Shown here: positions 36,428 to 46,627 of the stretch, in pieces
How the letters are laid out: every line of letters begins with the position of its first letter
Position numbering within the stretch: position 1 is the stretch's first letter
Made by a program: the position numbers and the translations under genes
From: an uncultured virus (IMG/VR IMGVR_UViG_3300007734_000756)
Taxonomy: Duplodnaviria > Heunggongvirae > Uroviricota > Caudoviricetes
Virus record (IMG/VR): IMGVR_UViG_3300007734_000756
DNA length: 64,000 nt
Strand: one strand, 5' to 3'
The notes under the pieces: model-generated
Database searches by the model: none
What the model was told of the DNA's origin: nothing
Seen by the model: the letters and a program-made list of their open reading frames with translations, nothing else

Positions 36428-39400
36428 AAATCTCCCTGCGGAGCTCTTTGACAGGCTCAAGGATGTCGAGCTTGATCCTGCGAAGTTCGTCCATCTCTTG
36501 GCGGCGTTCTTTCGGGGACAGGTCTTTGGAGCGTGATTCACCAACACGACGGATTTCCTTGTTGATGTCCGACAGCTCATCTTCTGTGCGGTTGATGTAT
36601 TGATACATTCCGACAATATCGCCATGCTTGTCGAGGTAAGCGTCGGCAGCATCAAAGTCTTCTCGATCAATCATCTTGTTCCACGTCTTGTACTTCTCAA
36701 AGACTTCCTTCTTAAAGTCGTAGAACAAATCCTCACGTCCTCGGGGGATGTCCTCCCTCAAGAATCCGCCGATCACCGGAGTTTCCCTAGCGGTGGGTTC
36801 GGGGCGGGTTTCTGCAATCACTCCAATCGAGTTCGATGCCCACTGGGCCATGGCGCCCGCAGAGCCAAAAATACCGCGCACCAAATGATCCGCTTCAATC
36901 GGGCTGAGCATCCGCTTGTCATCCGTTCCGGGGATTGACATCAGTGCGCTAAGTGCCTTGCCAAGCTCTGAAGTAGAGGCTGTGTATTGCTCCGCCGCCG
37001 CAACATCCTTCAGCCCCTCCGGGATCACCGTGCGGCCTGTGTAGAAGTTGCGATCAAGCAGCACCTCAAGCACCGGCTTCACGCCGGCAGGCACCGGCTC
37101 CGGCCCAAGCAGCATATCTCTGGCGGCATCAGCCAATGCTTTCCGAACGCGGCGCCGATCTAGCTCGTTCTCCGTTCCCTCTCGGGTAACGGTGTTATAA
37201 ATCAATTCTGGAATAGCCTTGAAGATGAACGCGGCTGATGTATTCATCGGCATCATAATCTTCGTGCCTGGGATCATGACGTTTCGCAGCTTGGTCTGAT
37301 CATCTAGTTCGTCATACTCGGGGTCTGCGCCGGCCAACATACAGTAGAGCAGTGTTGCCCCGGTAAGCAACCCCGTAGTAACTCCAAGCCTCAACAAAGC
37401 CTTCTTCCGGCTTACACCTTTAAGCCCGCTGCCAGCCAAAGCTCGGATCAGCACATCGGATGAGTTGAGATAGGCGCCCATAAAGGGAACGACCTTAACC
37501 ATAGCCTGTGCATATCCCGCCGACCCATGATGAAGGAAGTTAATGACGTTAGCCGCTCGGTACAGGGCTTGTGTCTCGTCGCCCGTTTCTTTCAACACGC
37601 GCTTATACGTCGCCACCCGCTGGGCCATATCTGACGAATCGCCGATGTGATCGAGCCCCTTGATCACAAAGTCAAAGATGTTCCCGTTCATGATCCCAAG
37701 CCGACGCTTGATCTCTGCCTCTGGAGTTCTTGCAGGGCTATGGAAGCCACCAATGCCCGCTGCCTTGAGAATATCCACGACCGGATCGGTATTGGTGAGA
37801 CTGGTAAGGAACCCCTTCCAGACACCACCAATCAGCGCGAGCGGGTTTTTGACGCCCGTCACCAAGGCCGCCGTGGGAGCGTCTTTAAACACCTGCTTGA
37901 TCTGGAATGCGCCTGACAAGGTGATGCTTCGGCGGGTAAGGTTGGCCACTGCGGCGAGCGGCGCCCACATCCTGAGGTTGATGTTGTCCATCCCGTAGAT
38001 AGCCTCGGCCACCAGAGGATCGGAAATCTCAACCACCACCTTCTTGCCGTTTACTATCCAGTTGAATCGACCCTTAGGCCTATCTACGGAGGGGTAAGTC
38101 ATTACCTTCCCCTTCTCGTTTCTGGTGGCGTACTCCAACACAATACGGTTGGCCGCAAACTGGCGCAGACCATTCATCGTCATCCGCATGACGTTGCGCG
38201 TCATGTTGTCGATGATGTTCTGAATCTCCCGATTGGTCTTAAACACAACCAAATCGTTCTCGTTCAACTCAAGATCAAGTCGCACATCTCCTTCCGGGGT
38301 TGTCGTCACCAAAGAGGGGTCTACTTGCTTGCCGTTGACCTCCACTTGAACCACAGAGGACGGTTGAATCTTGAAGTCTGTTTGCCCTTGTGTGGCCCGG
38401 AAATCCACCACCGCAATCGGTCTGCCGCGCTTGAATAACTTTTCCCTGCCGATGTTGGTCATCGTCCGCGTGGTGGACTGTATTTCCGACTGGTCATGGA
38501 GATCCTTCTCGTCGTCCATGATCCGATACCACGGCACATAGTCCTTAATGGCGGCCAGCGTTTCGTATCGGCCTTGCGACAACAACCCTACTTGTCTCCA
38601 GAACTTGAGCAGGTTCTGATTGATCGCAGTCCAGTTGTCCATGATGGTTCTAAGCTCTGGATACTCCTCTTCCAAAGCGGCGAACTCATACATCTCTTCC
38701 TCTGACATATTGACCGAGGATGCGGCCTTTTTGATTGACGCCACTTCCTGCTCGGCTTGCTCCACGGCTTCTTTGGCCATGGCTATTTCATCCGGCTCCG
38801 CGCCCATGCTTTGCAACAGATCCCGGCGCGCCTTAGCTGCATCAAGAGCGGCCTCTCGGGTGTACAGCTCGGTCATGATGCTGATGGAGCGTTTGGCCTC
38901 TAGGTAGCCTTGGATGGTATCCGTGCCCAGCTGATCGCCAATCCTGTCCTTGAGCGCCTTCTCGGCTTCGTAGACGCCGCGCATCCCCATGTCTCGTTCA
39001 ACGGCCACAAAGTTTCTGGCTTTCTCGTTGAACTCAATGCCGCCTCGGAAGATCACCTCGGTGCCGATGTTGCCGCCACGAATGGCGTTGTCTAGCGCAA
39101 CCGATGCCGTGGCGAACCCGTTCGATGTTTTGAGGGCGCCGTTGTATTGCGCAAAGTCCCTTGCTTCAAGACCTGATCCGTACCAGATGTTCTGGTTGCG
39201 CATGGCGATGAGGCCATTAATAACATCATTGCCCACCATGCTGGGGTTGGCCGCCGCCTCCTTAAAATACTCTTTGCCGTTCTTAAACTGTTTCGTGACA
39301 AAAGTTGTGATGGGCGTTGTATCCAACATCGGCGTGTTGGGGCGGCTGTACTTCTCCTTCAGGTTCTTGGCCGGTTCAATATTGTTGAGCGTAACAAACT

Positions 39401-42400
39401 GCGATCCGTCGCCCACGGAACTCATCACAATGTCCACCAGCGTTTCGCGGGTGATGCGCTCTTTGCTGCCCTTCATGACCTGGCCAAACACCCGATGTAC
39501 GTCGTACTGATTGTCGAACCCAAGAACTTTCTTGAGTCCTTCAAACAGTTGTTGCACCGCGCGCTTGAACCGATCCCATGCAGTGCCAAGCTGCGATGCC
39601 ATCAAGCGCTCAGCATTCACCGCCCAGTATTCAGAGGGGTTGATGAACTGGTACATCTCGTAGCCAGGCAGAAGCATTTGTGCGTTGTTCAGCGTCCTCT
39701 GGCTTGGGTTGTCCAGGAACTTTAGAATTGCGTCGAAGTAACGCTGATGCAGCTCATCCGGGTTTTGCTTAATCGCTCTGGCCAGCGCCTTGCCCCAGGC
39801 TTGAACAACAACCATCCGCTGCTCGGGCGTCATCATCTGCTCAAGCGCGTGCGAAAGCTCGTGACGAATGGTGCGCGGCTCATAAGTACCGGAGGTGGAT
39901 TTGTACAGGTAGACAATCCGCCGCATCGGATCAAAGCTACCGACAGCCTCTCCGGCCCCCTTGCGAACACTTAGCAGCAACCCATCGAGCAGCTCGGGTT
40001 GCTTGCCATACGCGGCCTGAATGACATCAAGCACATCTTTGTCGATGTTGCCCTTGTCGTACTCTTGTAGCGCCTTGGCAAGAAATGCTTCCGGTGTATC
40101 TACGCGGGGCTTGCTTGCTTTGATGGCCGATTGCAACTCCCGCGACTTCTGCATCATCTCGGTGGTGTTGCGCTGGACATCAATGTCCACTTCACCTTCG
40201 GCAACCTTCTTGGCCACGCCAGCAAGTTTTTTGCGTAGCGCGGCGTATTCTTTGATCTGATACTCGCGGACAGCTTCGCGGCCAACAATCAGCTCACCCT
40301 CGCGCGTCATCAGAGAGGGTTCTGGAGCAGCAGGGCGCCCGATAACGTCGTAGAGGAAGTCTTCCTTCCTGCCATACGTTACCCCTTTGGCAAGGATCAT
40401 GTTGCCGATCTGAATGACTTCATCAGCGGCCACCACCGGCATCGTCGAGCTGCGGTCAAAGAAATAAGCGTGGCGCGTTGGATCGAACCCAACCTGCACC
40501 CAATCGCCGGACAGGATGGCATCGTCCGCCATCTGATACGCCTGATCCGCCGTGATGGGAACGAAGGTGCCCTCCATGGTTTGGATGGCATCTTTGGCGG
40601 AACCTGCGGCGATCTTGAGCGCCTCTCTTTGATTCCCAAGGCCAAAGGTGACGTTCTTGATTGAAGCCGCGCTGCTGTATCCAATGACCTTACCAGGCGA
40701 CGATGGAGTGCGCTTCTCGTGGATCGATACCACAAACACTCCGGCGCGATTGAATGCCGGAATGTCTAGGCGCAAACCAACCGGGTAGCCCGCCGGAATC
40801 TTGGGATCAATCTTATCGCGCTTGGCGGAGTCCAGGGCGTTATAAACCTGTTCTGACGTAGCCGGCTGCAACGGCGCAAAGTACACCGGAATCGGCCTAT
40901 AACGGTTGACCAGCTCGTCAAACTTCTGAGCGGTGATCTCCCCGCGCTGAAGCTGTTGCGCGGCCTCCGCGAGCTCCGGTGAACGCCCCGGCGGCAGCTT
41001 CTTTTTCTCCGGGATGTTCATGAGCTTGACGCCCTGCTGAGCCTCCGCAGCGCGCAGCATCACTTCTCGATCCCAGAATCGCCCATCCTTCAGTTCAAAC
41101 TGGCCGGTCACAGGGTCAAGCGTGAGAACCTTCTCTTTAATCAGCTTGCCCATGGCAGCATCAGCTTGCTCCTGGGTGAGCTTGAACTGATTCATCGCCG
41201 CCTTGCGGAAGCGAGTCGCCGCATTCATCATGCGCTCGCCCATGACGGCAGCGCCTATCCCTGGTGCGGTCGGCTCAATAGCTGCTGGCCCGCCGGTGGC
41301 TTTCTCAATGTACTGCGCAAAGGTTTCGTTTGGCAGATACTTGCGCGCCTGTAGTTGCTGAAAGAACCGGCGCAGCTGAATGCCAAGACGTTTGAAATAT
41401 TTCTCTACGATGGTAACTGGCCGTGCAGAGGATAGCGCCCACCTTGCCGTTTGATCTGCATACCACTCTCCAAACATCCTCCAATAATTGGATAGCTCGT
41501 TGGATTGCATACCTTCTCGCACCGGCACCGCTCGCCCCGTAGACCTGGCGCGCATAGAATCAATCATCTCTCGCGCGGTCTTGCCTTTCTGCGACTCTAA
41601 CCACTTTTTGTGCGCATCACGCAGAGCGTCTTTTTCTTCTTGCGAAGCACGGTCATAGAACAAACTCTGATGCACATGACCCATTTCATGTGCAATCGTT
41701 TCCAGCATCTTGGTCGTACTGGTGCTCTTGTCAAACAAGATGTAGTAGCTGGAGTCCGGCATCATGCGCATCGAGCCCAGATCGTTGGCATTTAACGTGC
41801 CGGAACCAATCGCGCGATGCGGGCCTGTAAAGTTGTTGCGGTTTGTGCGCGCGTCCTCAATGGTCGATACATAGATTGGAACGTCGAGCTTTAGAAGCGA
41901 CTTCCATTCCTTGATGACCCCGGCCAGCTGCTCTGGGATGTCTTGCGACATTGCAAGGCCGTCTTGGAAGGTAATAAATGGCGCAGCGTTGTGCTTTTCT
42001 GCTGCCTCAGCTTCCAGTCTCTTTTTAACGTCGATCATCTCCTGTTTAACGTCGTCAGACACCAACCTATCGGACAAGGATTCAATGTCTATTCTGGCGC
42101 GGGTATCGCCAGCCGTCGCTATATACACAGGAGCGCCAGATAGACGGGCGTAGCCACGAATCAGCGCGTTATCGCCTCGTTGCCAAACAATCTCTCCGCC
42201 AAGCTCTTTGGCATGAACCTCGGCGTTTTTGCGTTGTTCTGGCGTGTATTGCTCTTCTTCTGGCACAACCACAGACCGCTGGCGCACCAACACCACTTCG
42301 ACTTGTCGCTGCGTCGGCGCTAGGCCGCGCGCCGTCATGGCTAGAACGGAGCTTTCTTCTGGAGTATCCACCAGCTGAATGCTGTACTTCTGGCCGCGCT

Positions 42401-45400
42401 TCATCGGAGTAGCGGTGGCCAATTTCGCCAGTTCATCAAATTCCGCGCGTGAAATGGCTCCTTGCCACTCGGCGGTTTCTGTTTTGACCTGACCGCGCTC
42501 GCTATCTTCGTACTGAACCGCCTGTTGCTGCTCGTCAAGCAGAGCGGTGTATTTGCCAACAACATCACTTTCCGCAGGCTCTTCCGTCGGGATCGACTGA
42601 AGATAGTTGTTCAGCTGTTGACGCTGCTCGCCGATGCCGCCAGAAGTAACATTGATACTCGCCGTGCTTGGGATGCGGCCAGCATTCACCAAGTCTGCGA
42701 CAGCAGCGCGCATGACCTGCTGATACTCTTTGCCACCAACAATCAGAACGTCCTGGATGTTGGTCGGCCACGTTACCTTTGCCAGTTCTGCGCCCAGGTT
42801 GGAGAGCATCTCCTTGGCCCGCGTCGGCGTCATCACCTGATCGTATGGCTCAATCTCTTGAGTCGGATCGATGAACCCATGCTTGGCCGAAAGGATGATG
42901 ACGTTTGGCTGCGCTCCTGGCTTGACGTTGCTGGCAAACGATTGGAAGAAGACGCCTTTGTACAGCTCCATCGCGGGCGCGGCCTTGGCTCCTTTCTTTG
43001 CGCAGCATGGCATCAGCACTAAACGATTATCTGCTGGCAGATCAGCCGGAGGAGTTTCGTTGTTGACTACCGTATCGGCGGTAACACCCGTTACTCCTTG
43101 CGCCTTCTCATACGCAATCAGTTCGCGGCGGCGTTTTAGCTGCGCCGGAGTAAGCTCTTTGCCGGGATCGCGCTCTGATTCCTTCAACTCTTTGCGCGCC
43201 AACCGGATGTTCTCTGGCTCTTTCGCGGCCCTCTCGGGAACCACCGTGGTGACCAAGCGCGAATACTTGGGCGGCGTTTGATCCGTGCCAAGCGACTTCA
43301 GTTCGTTCTTAATCCGCCAAATGTTAAGCGGGATGTTGAACCCTGTAGCCACCTCTACGATGCGCCCAAACCTATACTCGGCAAGGTCTTGCGGGTCTTT
43401 GCTTACCGCAAGATATTTCTCTCTGGCCTCTTGATTTGCTGGCGACAGCTTCGGCTCGGGCGCTGCTTCACCAAGCTCCATTTGTCCACGGGCTGCGGCC
43501 TCGTCTGCCGCGCGATCACTACCCGTAAGCACAAAGTCACCACGCGCCTCATCGGCCTTTGCTTTGCGCTCGGCTTCAGCAGCTTCTTGCGCGCGCCTGG
43601 CGTCCGCTTCTTCTTTGGCTCGGATGTCTTCCGGGGTGGGTGCGGTGAGCAGGTCTTCGTCAAACAAAGACGGCCCAGCTGGTGGCTCTTCAACGATAGT
43701 GGGCGCAGGGGGCGCTACACCACGGGCAGCGCGGATCTCGGCCACAAGATCAGGGCTGGTTGACCAGTTGTCCCAGGCGGTCTTGCGCCGCTTCAGCTCC
43801 TCGATGCGACGCTTGATGGCTTCTGGATCGCGGACATCAATACCCTCTGCCTTGGCCAGCGCCGGGTTCTTGGCTGCACCGCTGATGGCAGAAAGCCGTG
43901 TCTGAATCTCGCGTTGCTTTTGAGATGCGATCTTGGCCATCTCTTCGGCTTCGCGGATGGCACTATCGTCAAAGCCAAACATATCTAGCGTGGTGTCGGT
44001 TTCGCCAGCCAGAGCTTTGACTGCCTGCATCATGTTCGTGGCGGTGTTCATGGACTTGCCGTCCTGAATCGCCTTGATGCCTACGCTTTGCAAGCGCGCG
44101 TCGCTGGGTGCATTTAGCGCGATGTAGAACGCGGCCTCATCCCCGATTTGGTCGGCACGAACTGCGGCAATGAGTTCATCGCTTCCTTGAGTTGCGATTG
44201 CGTAAGACCGCTTGCCCGTAGCCCTCGCCAGAAGGCCTCTTGCGTCGGCATCTTGCTTGGTGATGCCGCTTTCTTTGAAGTAATTGACATAATCTTTTAC
44301 CTTTCCTTGGCCATCACGAATGTTGAGTTCTGCGTCCAGGATGGAGGCTTGCAGCTTATTGAACCCCTTGGCCTCGTCGTGGATCTGCGCGGGAATGGTT
44401 GTCTCGCCGCTGCGCTTGGCCAGATCAAACCTGTGCCGGCCAGAGATGACCTCTAGCGACCCATCAAGCCTGCGCCAAACTTGAATGGGCGCAACCCCAG
44501 TGCGCTCAAACTTTCCACCAAGTGGCTCAACAATCCCCTCGGCAGTGGCGCCAATCTTGAATTGCGGCACGTCTTCGGAGAGCTTCAGCTGCGTCAGCGG
44601 CACCTCGACCGTTGGCATCCCATCGGCTTCCAGGTCTACTGTCGCCGGCTCAAACTCCTTGGGCTTGGCGATCGGTGCGACCGTTGGCGTTTCAGGAAGC
44701 CTGGCCGCTGCTTGGGTCGGCGTGAATGTCGGAGTAACAGGTGTTACTTCCTGCGTAACTTCAGTTACAGGTTTGGTTACTTCTTCCGTAAGGGTAACAG
44801 GTGTTACTGGTTCATCCGGCGGTTTGGCGGCGGGAGTAACGGGTGTTGCTTCAAGCTCTTCTACCTCTTCCCCGGTAGGCATTCCGGGGATCGCCGCTAC
44901 GGGTCGAGTAACAGGTGTTACACCCTTTGGCGCGGGGGCGGGTGGCGGAGTGGGTTCTGGCGCCCCGGCTTGCGGTGCCTCGCCCTCTTCTGGCGGCCCC
45001 AGGCGCGGTTCTGCGCGGGCAGTGACCGGGATCTCGCCGGCAATCGTCGGTTCTGCTTTCTCGGCGGCCTGAGCGACCTCTCCAATCGTTGGCTCGGCGC
45101 GACCCGCCGGCGGAGCGACTTCCCCTACCGATGGCTCTGCGGGTTCAGTAGACGGAGGCTCGGGAAGCGTTCTGGCCAGCTCTGCTATGGTCGTTGGGCG
45201 GATGCCAGCAGCTGCCGCAGCACCCTCTCTGCGAATGCCTTCGCGGGTGAAGTCCGTTTCCGCGACGCCGGACTCAATGGCTTCAGCGATCTGCGCTTCG
45301 CGGGTCGCTGCTCGCGCTTGACGTAGGGCGGCGGCAACGTCTACCGGAGCGGTAACGCCCTCGGCAATTCCTTCAAGCAATACCTCTGCGGGTTTGTTTT

Positions 45401-46619
45401 CGCCAGTAGCTTGTTGCGCCGCAAACTCTCCCCCCGCGCCGGCGCCCATCTGTAGCGCAAGTTCTTTGCTCCACGCAGCAATCGTTGCTTTCTTGGCTGC
45501 GGCACCCGACAGCTTGCCGGCGGCAATAAGTTCATTGGCTGGACGCAAAAACCTGCCCGCCATTCCCATGGAAATCGCATCAAACGTGCCGATGATTAGG
45601 CCGCGCTTGGCGCCCTTTTCTTTCATCTCCGCCAGAATCTCAGGGTTCTGGAGCGCGCCGGCAACCTTGGAGGCGTCCGTCAGCTCAATCCCCTTGTCTT
45701 GCAGGACATCCCCCATGACTGCCGCATACTCCATCGAGGCGGATGCGGCAAACGCAGCAGCAGGTCGCGCCGGCCCGGCCAGAGCGGTTGCCGCCAATGC
45801 GGGCGCCGTAACGAGCAGTGAATCCACAAGCAGCGACAGGGTGGCTCGGGGATTTCTGAGCATCGCCTCGGCAGCGTCGCCGTAGGTTTTGGCTCCTCCA
45901 ATAGCCTCTAGTCCTTGCTGAATTTCTTCCGAAGGCGCTGCGGCCCCGCGCTGTCGTGCTTGCCGCCGGATTAGTTGCGCGGCATCGTCGGGTGATAGCG
46001 CGCCCGTGGAAAACAAGAGACTGGTTGATAGGTCTTTTAGGTTGGCATCCGCGCGCTTAAACGTATTGGCCGTGCTTTCCAAGAACGTCGGCTCAATCTT
46101 TCGCATCTCCCCGCGTGGCTCGGGCAGCTGGCCTGGCTCAGTGGTTCGCGGCCTGAACAAGTCGCTGCCTCGCTTTTGTCCGTGACTGACTATTTCTGAC
46201 CATGCAATCCCAAGTTTTTTGAACCCCTCGATAACTTGGTTTTTGTCGGCGCCCTCTTCAAGAAGATTGACCGCATCGTCTAGCGCCTCGGCTCGACTGC
46301 GATACGGAGTTGGTTCGGCGGGCTTAACTGGCTCCGGCGCAGGCTGCGCTGTCATTGGCGTGACGGTTTCTTCCGGCGACCGGAGGGGCTCAGCGGGCTC
46401 CGCAACTCGTCTGCCTAGTGAGGCCAAACTGGCCTGAGGCGGCAGGATCGGCCCCTCTTCCACCGGGGCGGGCGGAGTAACAGGTGTTACTGCTTCCACT
46501 GGCTCAAAGCCCGCCATCGTTCCCGCTGCGGGCAATGTTGCCGGCGGCGAGGCAGGGGCTTCTAGTGGAACAAACCGATAGGCCGGCCCTTCAATTTCCG
46601 ACAGCGGAACGAATCGCAT
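36420..46619 (-). CDS. Giant (3399 aa) polyvalent internal virion protein
   Basis: ParB-like SGRHR segment, DUF6884-like CCAKK...LY...ILSAKHG, two HExxH motifs (HEMGH, HELSH), LPD38-like C-terminus. Confidence 0.8.
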   Translation of the reverse strand: MRFVPLSEIEGPAYRFVPLEAPASPPATLPAAGTMAGFEPVEAVTPVTPPAPVEEGPILPPQASLASLGRRVAEPAEPLRSPEETVTPMTAQPAPEPVKPAEPTPYRSRAEALDDAVNLLEEGADKNQVIEGFKKLGIAWSEIVSHGQKRGSDLFRPRTTEPGQLPEPRGEMRKIEPTFLESTANTFKRADANLKDLSTSLLFSTGALSPDDAAQLIRRQARQRGAAAPSEEIQQGLEAIGGAKTYGDAAEAMLRNPRATLSLLVDSLLVTAPALAATALAGPARPAAAFAASASMEYAAVMGDVLQDKGIELTDASKVAGALQNPEILAEMKEKGAKRGLIIGTFDAISMGMAGRFLRPANELIAAGKLSGAAAKKATIAAWSKELALQMGAGAGGEFAAQQATGENKPAEVLLEGIAEGVTAPVDVAAALRQARAATREAQIAEAIESGVAETDFTREGIRREGAAAAAGIRPTTIAELARTLPEPPSTEPAEPSVGEVAPPAGRAEPTIGEVAQAAEKAEPTIAGEIPVTARAEPRLGPPEEGEAPQAGAPEPTPPPAPAPKGVTPVTRPVAAIPGMPTGEEVEELEATPVTPAAKPPDEPVTPVTLTEEVTKPVTEVTQEVTPVTPTFTPTQAAARLPETPTVAPIAKPKEFEPATVDLEADGMPTVEVPLTQLKLSEDVPQFKIGATAEGIVEPLGGKFERTGVAPIQVWRRLDGSLEVISGRHRFDLAKRSGETTIPAQIHDEAKGFNKLQASILDAELNIRDGQGKVKDYVNYFKESGITKQDADARGLLARATGKRSYAIATQGSDELIAAVRADQIGDEAAFYIALNAPSDARLQSVGIKAIQDGKSMNTATNMMQAVKALAGETDTTLDMFGFDDSAIREAEEMAKIASQKQREIQTRLSAISGAAKNPALAKAEGIDVRDPEAIKRRIEELKRRKTAWDNWSTSPDLVAEIRAARGVAPPAPTIVEEPPAGPSLFDEDLLTAPTPEDIRAKEEADARRAQEAAEAERKAKADEARGDFVLTGSDRAADEAAARGQMELGEAAPEPKLSPANQEAREKYLAVSKDPQDLAEYRFGRIVEVATGFNIPLNIWRIKNELKSLGTDQTPPKYSRLVTTVVPERAAKEPENIRLARKELKESERDPGKELTPAQLKRRRELIAYEKAQGVTGVTADTVVNNETPPADLPADNRLVLMPCCAKKGAKAAPAMELYKGVFFQSFASNVKPGAQPNVIILSAKHGFIDPTQEIEPYDQVMTPTRAKEMLSNLGAELAKVTWPTNIQDVLIVGGKEYQQVMRAAVADLVNAGRIPSTASINVTSGGIGEQRQQLNNYLQSIPTEEPAESDVVGKYTALLDEQQQAVQYEDSERGQVKTETAEWQGAISRAEFDELAKLATATPMKRGQKYSIQLVDTPEESSVLAMTARGLAPTQRQVEVVLVRQRSVVVPEEEQYTPEQRKNAEVHAKELGGEIVWQRGDNALIRGYARLSGAPVYIATAGDTRARIDIESLSDRLVSDDVKQEMIDVKKRLEAEAAEKHNAAPFITFQDGLAMSQDIPEQLAGVIKEWKSLLKLDVPIYVSTIEDARTNRNNFTGPHRAIGSGTLNANDLGSMRMMPDSSYYILFDKSTSTTKMLETIAHEMGHVHQSLFYDRASQEEKDALRDAHKKWLESQKGKTAREMIDSMRARSTGRAVPVREGMQSNELSNYWRMFGEWYADQTARWALSSARPVTIVEKYFKRLGIQLRRFFQQLQARKYLPNETFAQYIEKATGGPAAIEPTAPGIGAAVMGERMMNAATRFRKAAMNQFKLTQEQADAAMGKLIKEKVLTLDPVTGQFELKDGRFWDREVMLRAAEAQQGVKLMNIPEKKKLPPGRSPELAEAAQQLQRGEITAQKFDELVNRYRPIPVYFAPLQPATSEQVYNALDSAKRDKIDPKIPAGYPVGLRLDIPAFNRAGVFVVSIHEKRTPSSPGKVIGYSSAASIKNVTFGLGNQREALKIAAGSAKDAIQTMEGTFVPITADQAYQMADDAILSGDWVQVGFDPTRHAYFFDRSSTMPVVAADEVIQIGNMILAKGVTYGRKEDFLYDVIGRPAAPEPSLMTREGELIVGREAVREYQIKEYAALRKKLAGVAKKVAEGEVDIDVQRNTTEMMQKSRELQSAIKASKPRVDTPEAFLAKALQEYDKGNIDKDVLDVIQAAYGKQPELLDGLLLSVRKGAGEAVGSFDPMRRIVYLYKSTSGTYEPRTIRHELSHALEQMMTPEQRMVVVQAWGKALARAIKQNPDELHQRYFDAILKFLDNPSQRTLNNAQMLLPGYEMYQFINPSEYWAVNAERLMASQLGTAWDRFKRAVQQLFEGLKKVLGFDNQYDVHRVFGQVMKGSKERITRETLVDIVMSSVGDGSQFVTLNNIEPAKNLKEKYSRPNTPMLDTTPITTFVTKQFKNGKEYFKEAAANPSMVGNDVINGLIAMRNQNIWYGSGLEARDFAQYNGALKTSNGFATASVALDNAIRGGNIGTEVIFRGGIEFNEKARNFVAVERDMGMRGVYEAEKALKDRIGDQLGTDTIQGYLEAKRSISIMTELYTREAALDAAKARRDLLQSMGAEPDEIAMAKEAVEQAEQEVASIKKAASSVNMSEEEMYEFAALEEEYPELRTIMDNWTAINQNLLKFWRQVGLLSQGRYETLAAIKDYVPWYRIMDDEKDLHDQSEIQSTTRTMTNIGREKLFKRGRPIAVVDFRATQGQTDFKIQPSSVVQVEVNGKQVDPSLVTTTPEGDVRLDLELNENDLVVFKTNREIQNIIDNMTRNVMRMTMNGLRQFAANRIVLEYATRNEKGKVMTYPSVDRPKGRFNWIVNGKKVVVEISDPLVAEAIYGMDNINLRMWAPLAAVANLTRRSITLSGAFQIKQVFKDAPTAALVTGVKNPLALIGGVWKGFLTSLTNTDPVVDILKAAGIGGFHSPARTPEAEIKRRLGIMNGNIFDFVIKGLDHIGDSSDMAQRVATYKRVLKETGDETQALYRAANVINFLHHGSAGYAQAMVKVVPFMGAYLNSSDVLIRALAGSGLKGVSRKKALLRLGVTTGLLTGATLLYCMLAGADPEYDELDDQTKLRNVMIPGTKIMMPMNTSAAFIFKAIPELIYNTVTREGTENELDRRRVRKALADAARDMLLGPEPVPAGVKPVLEVLLDRNFYTGRTVIPEGLKDVAAAEQYTASTSELGKALSALMSIPGTDDKRMLSPIEADHLVRGIFGSAGAMAQWASNSIGVIAETRPEPTARETPVIGGFLREDIPRGREDLFYDFKKEVFEKYKTWNKMIDREDFDAADAYLDKHGDIVGMYQYINRTEDELSDINKEIRRVGESRSKDLSPKERRQEMDELRRIKLDILEPVKELRREIFR

Positions 46620-46627
46620 TACTCACC

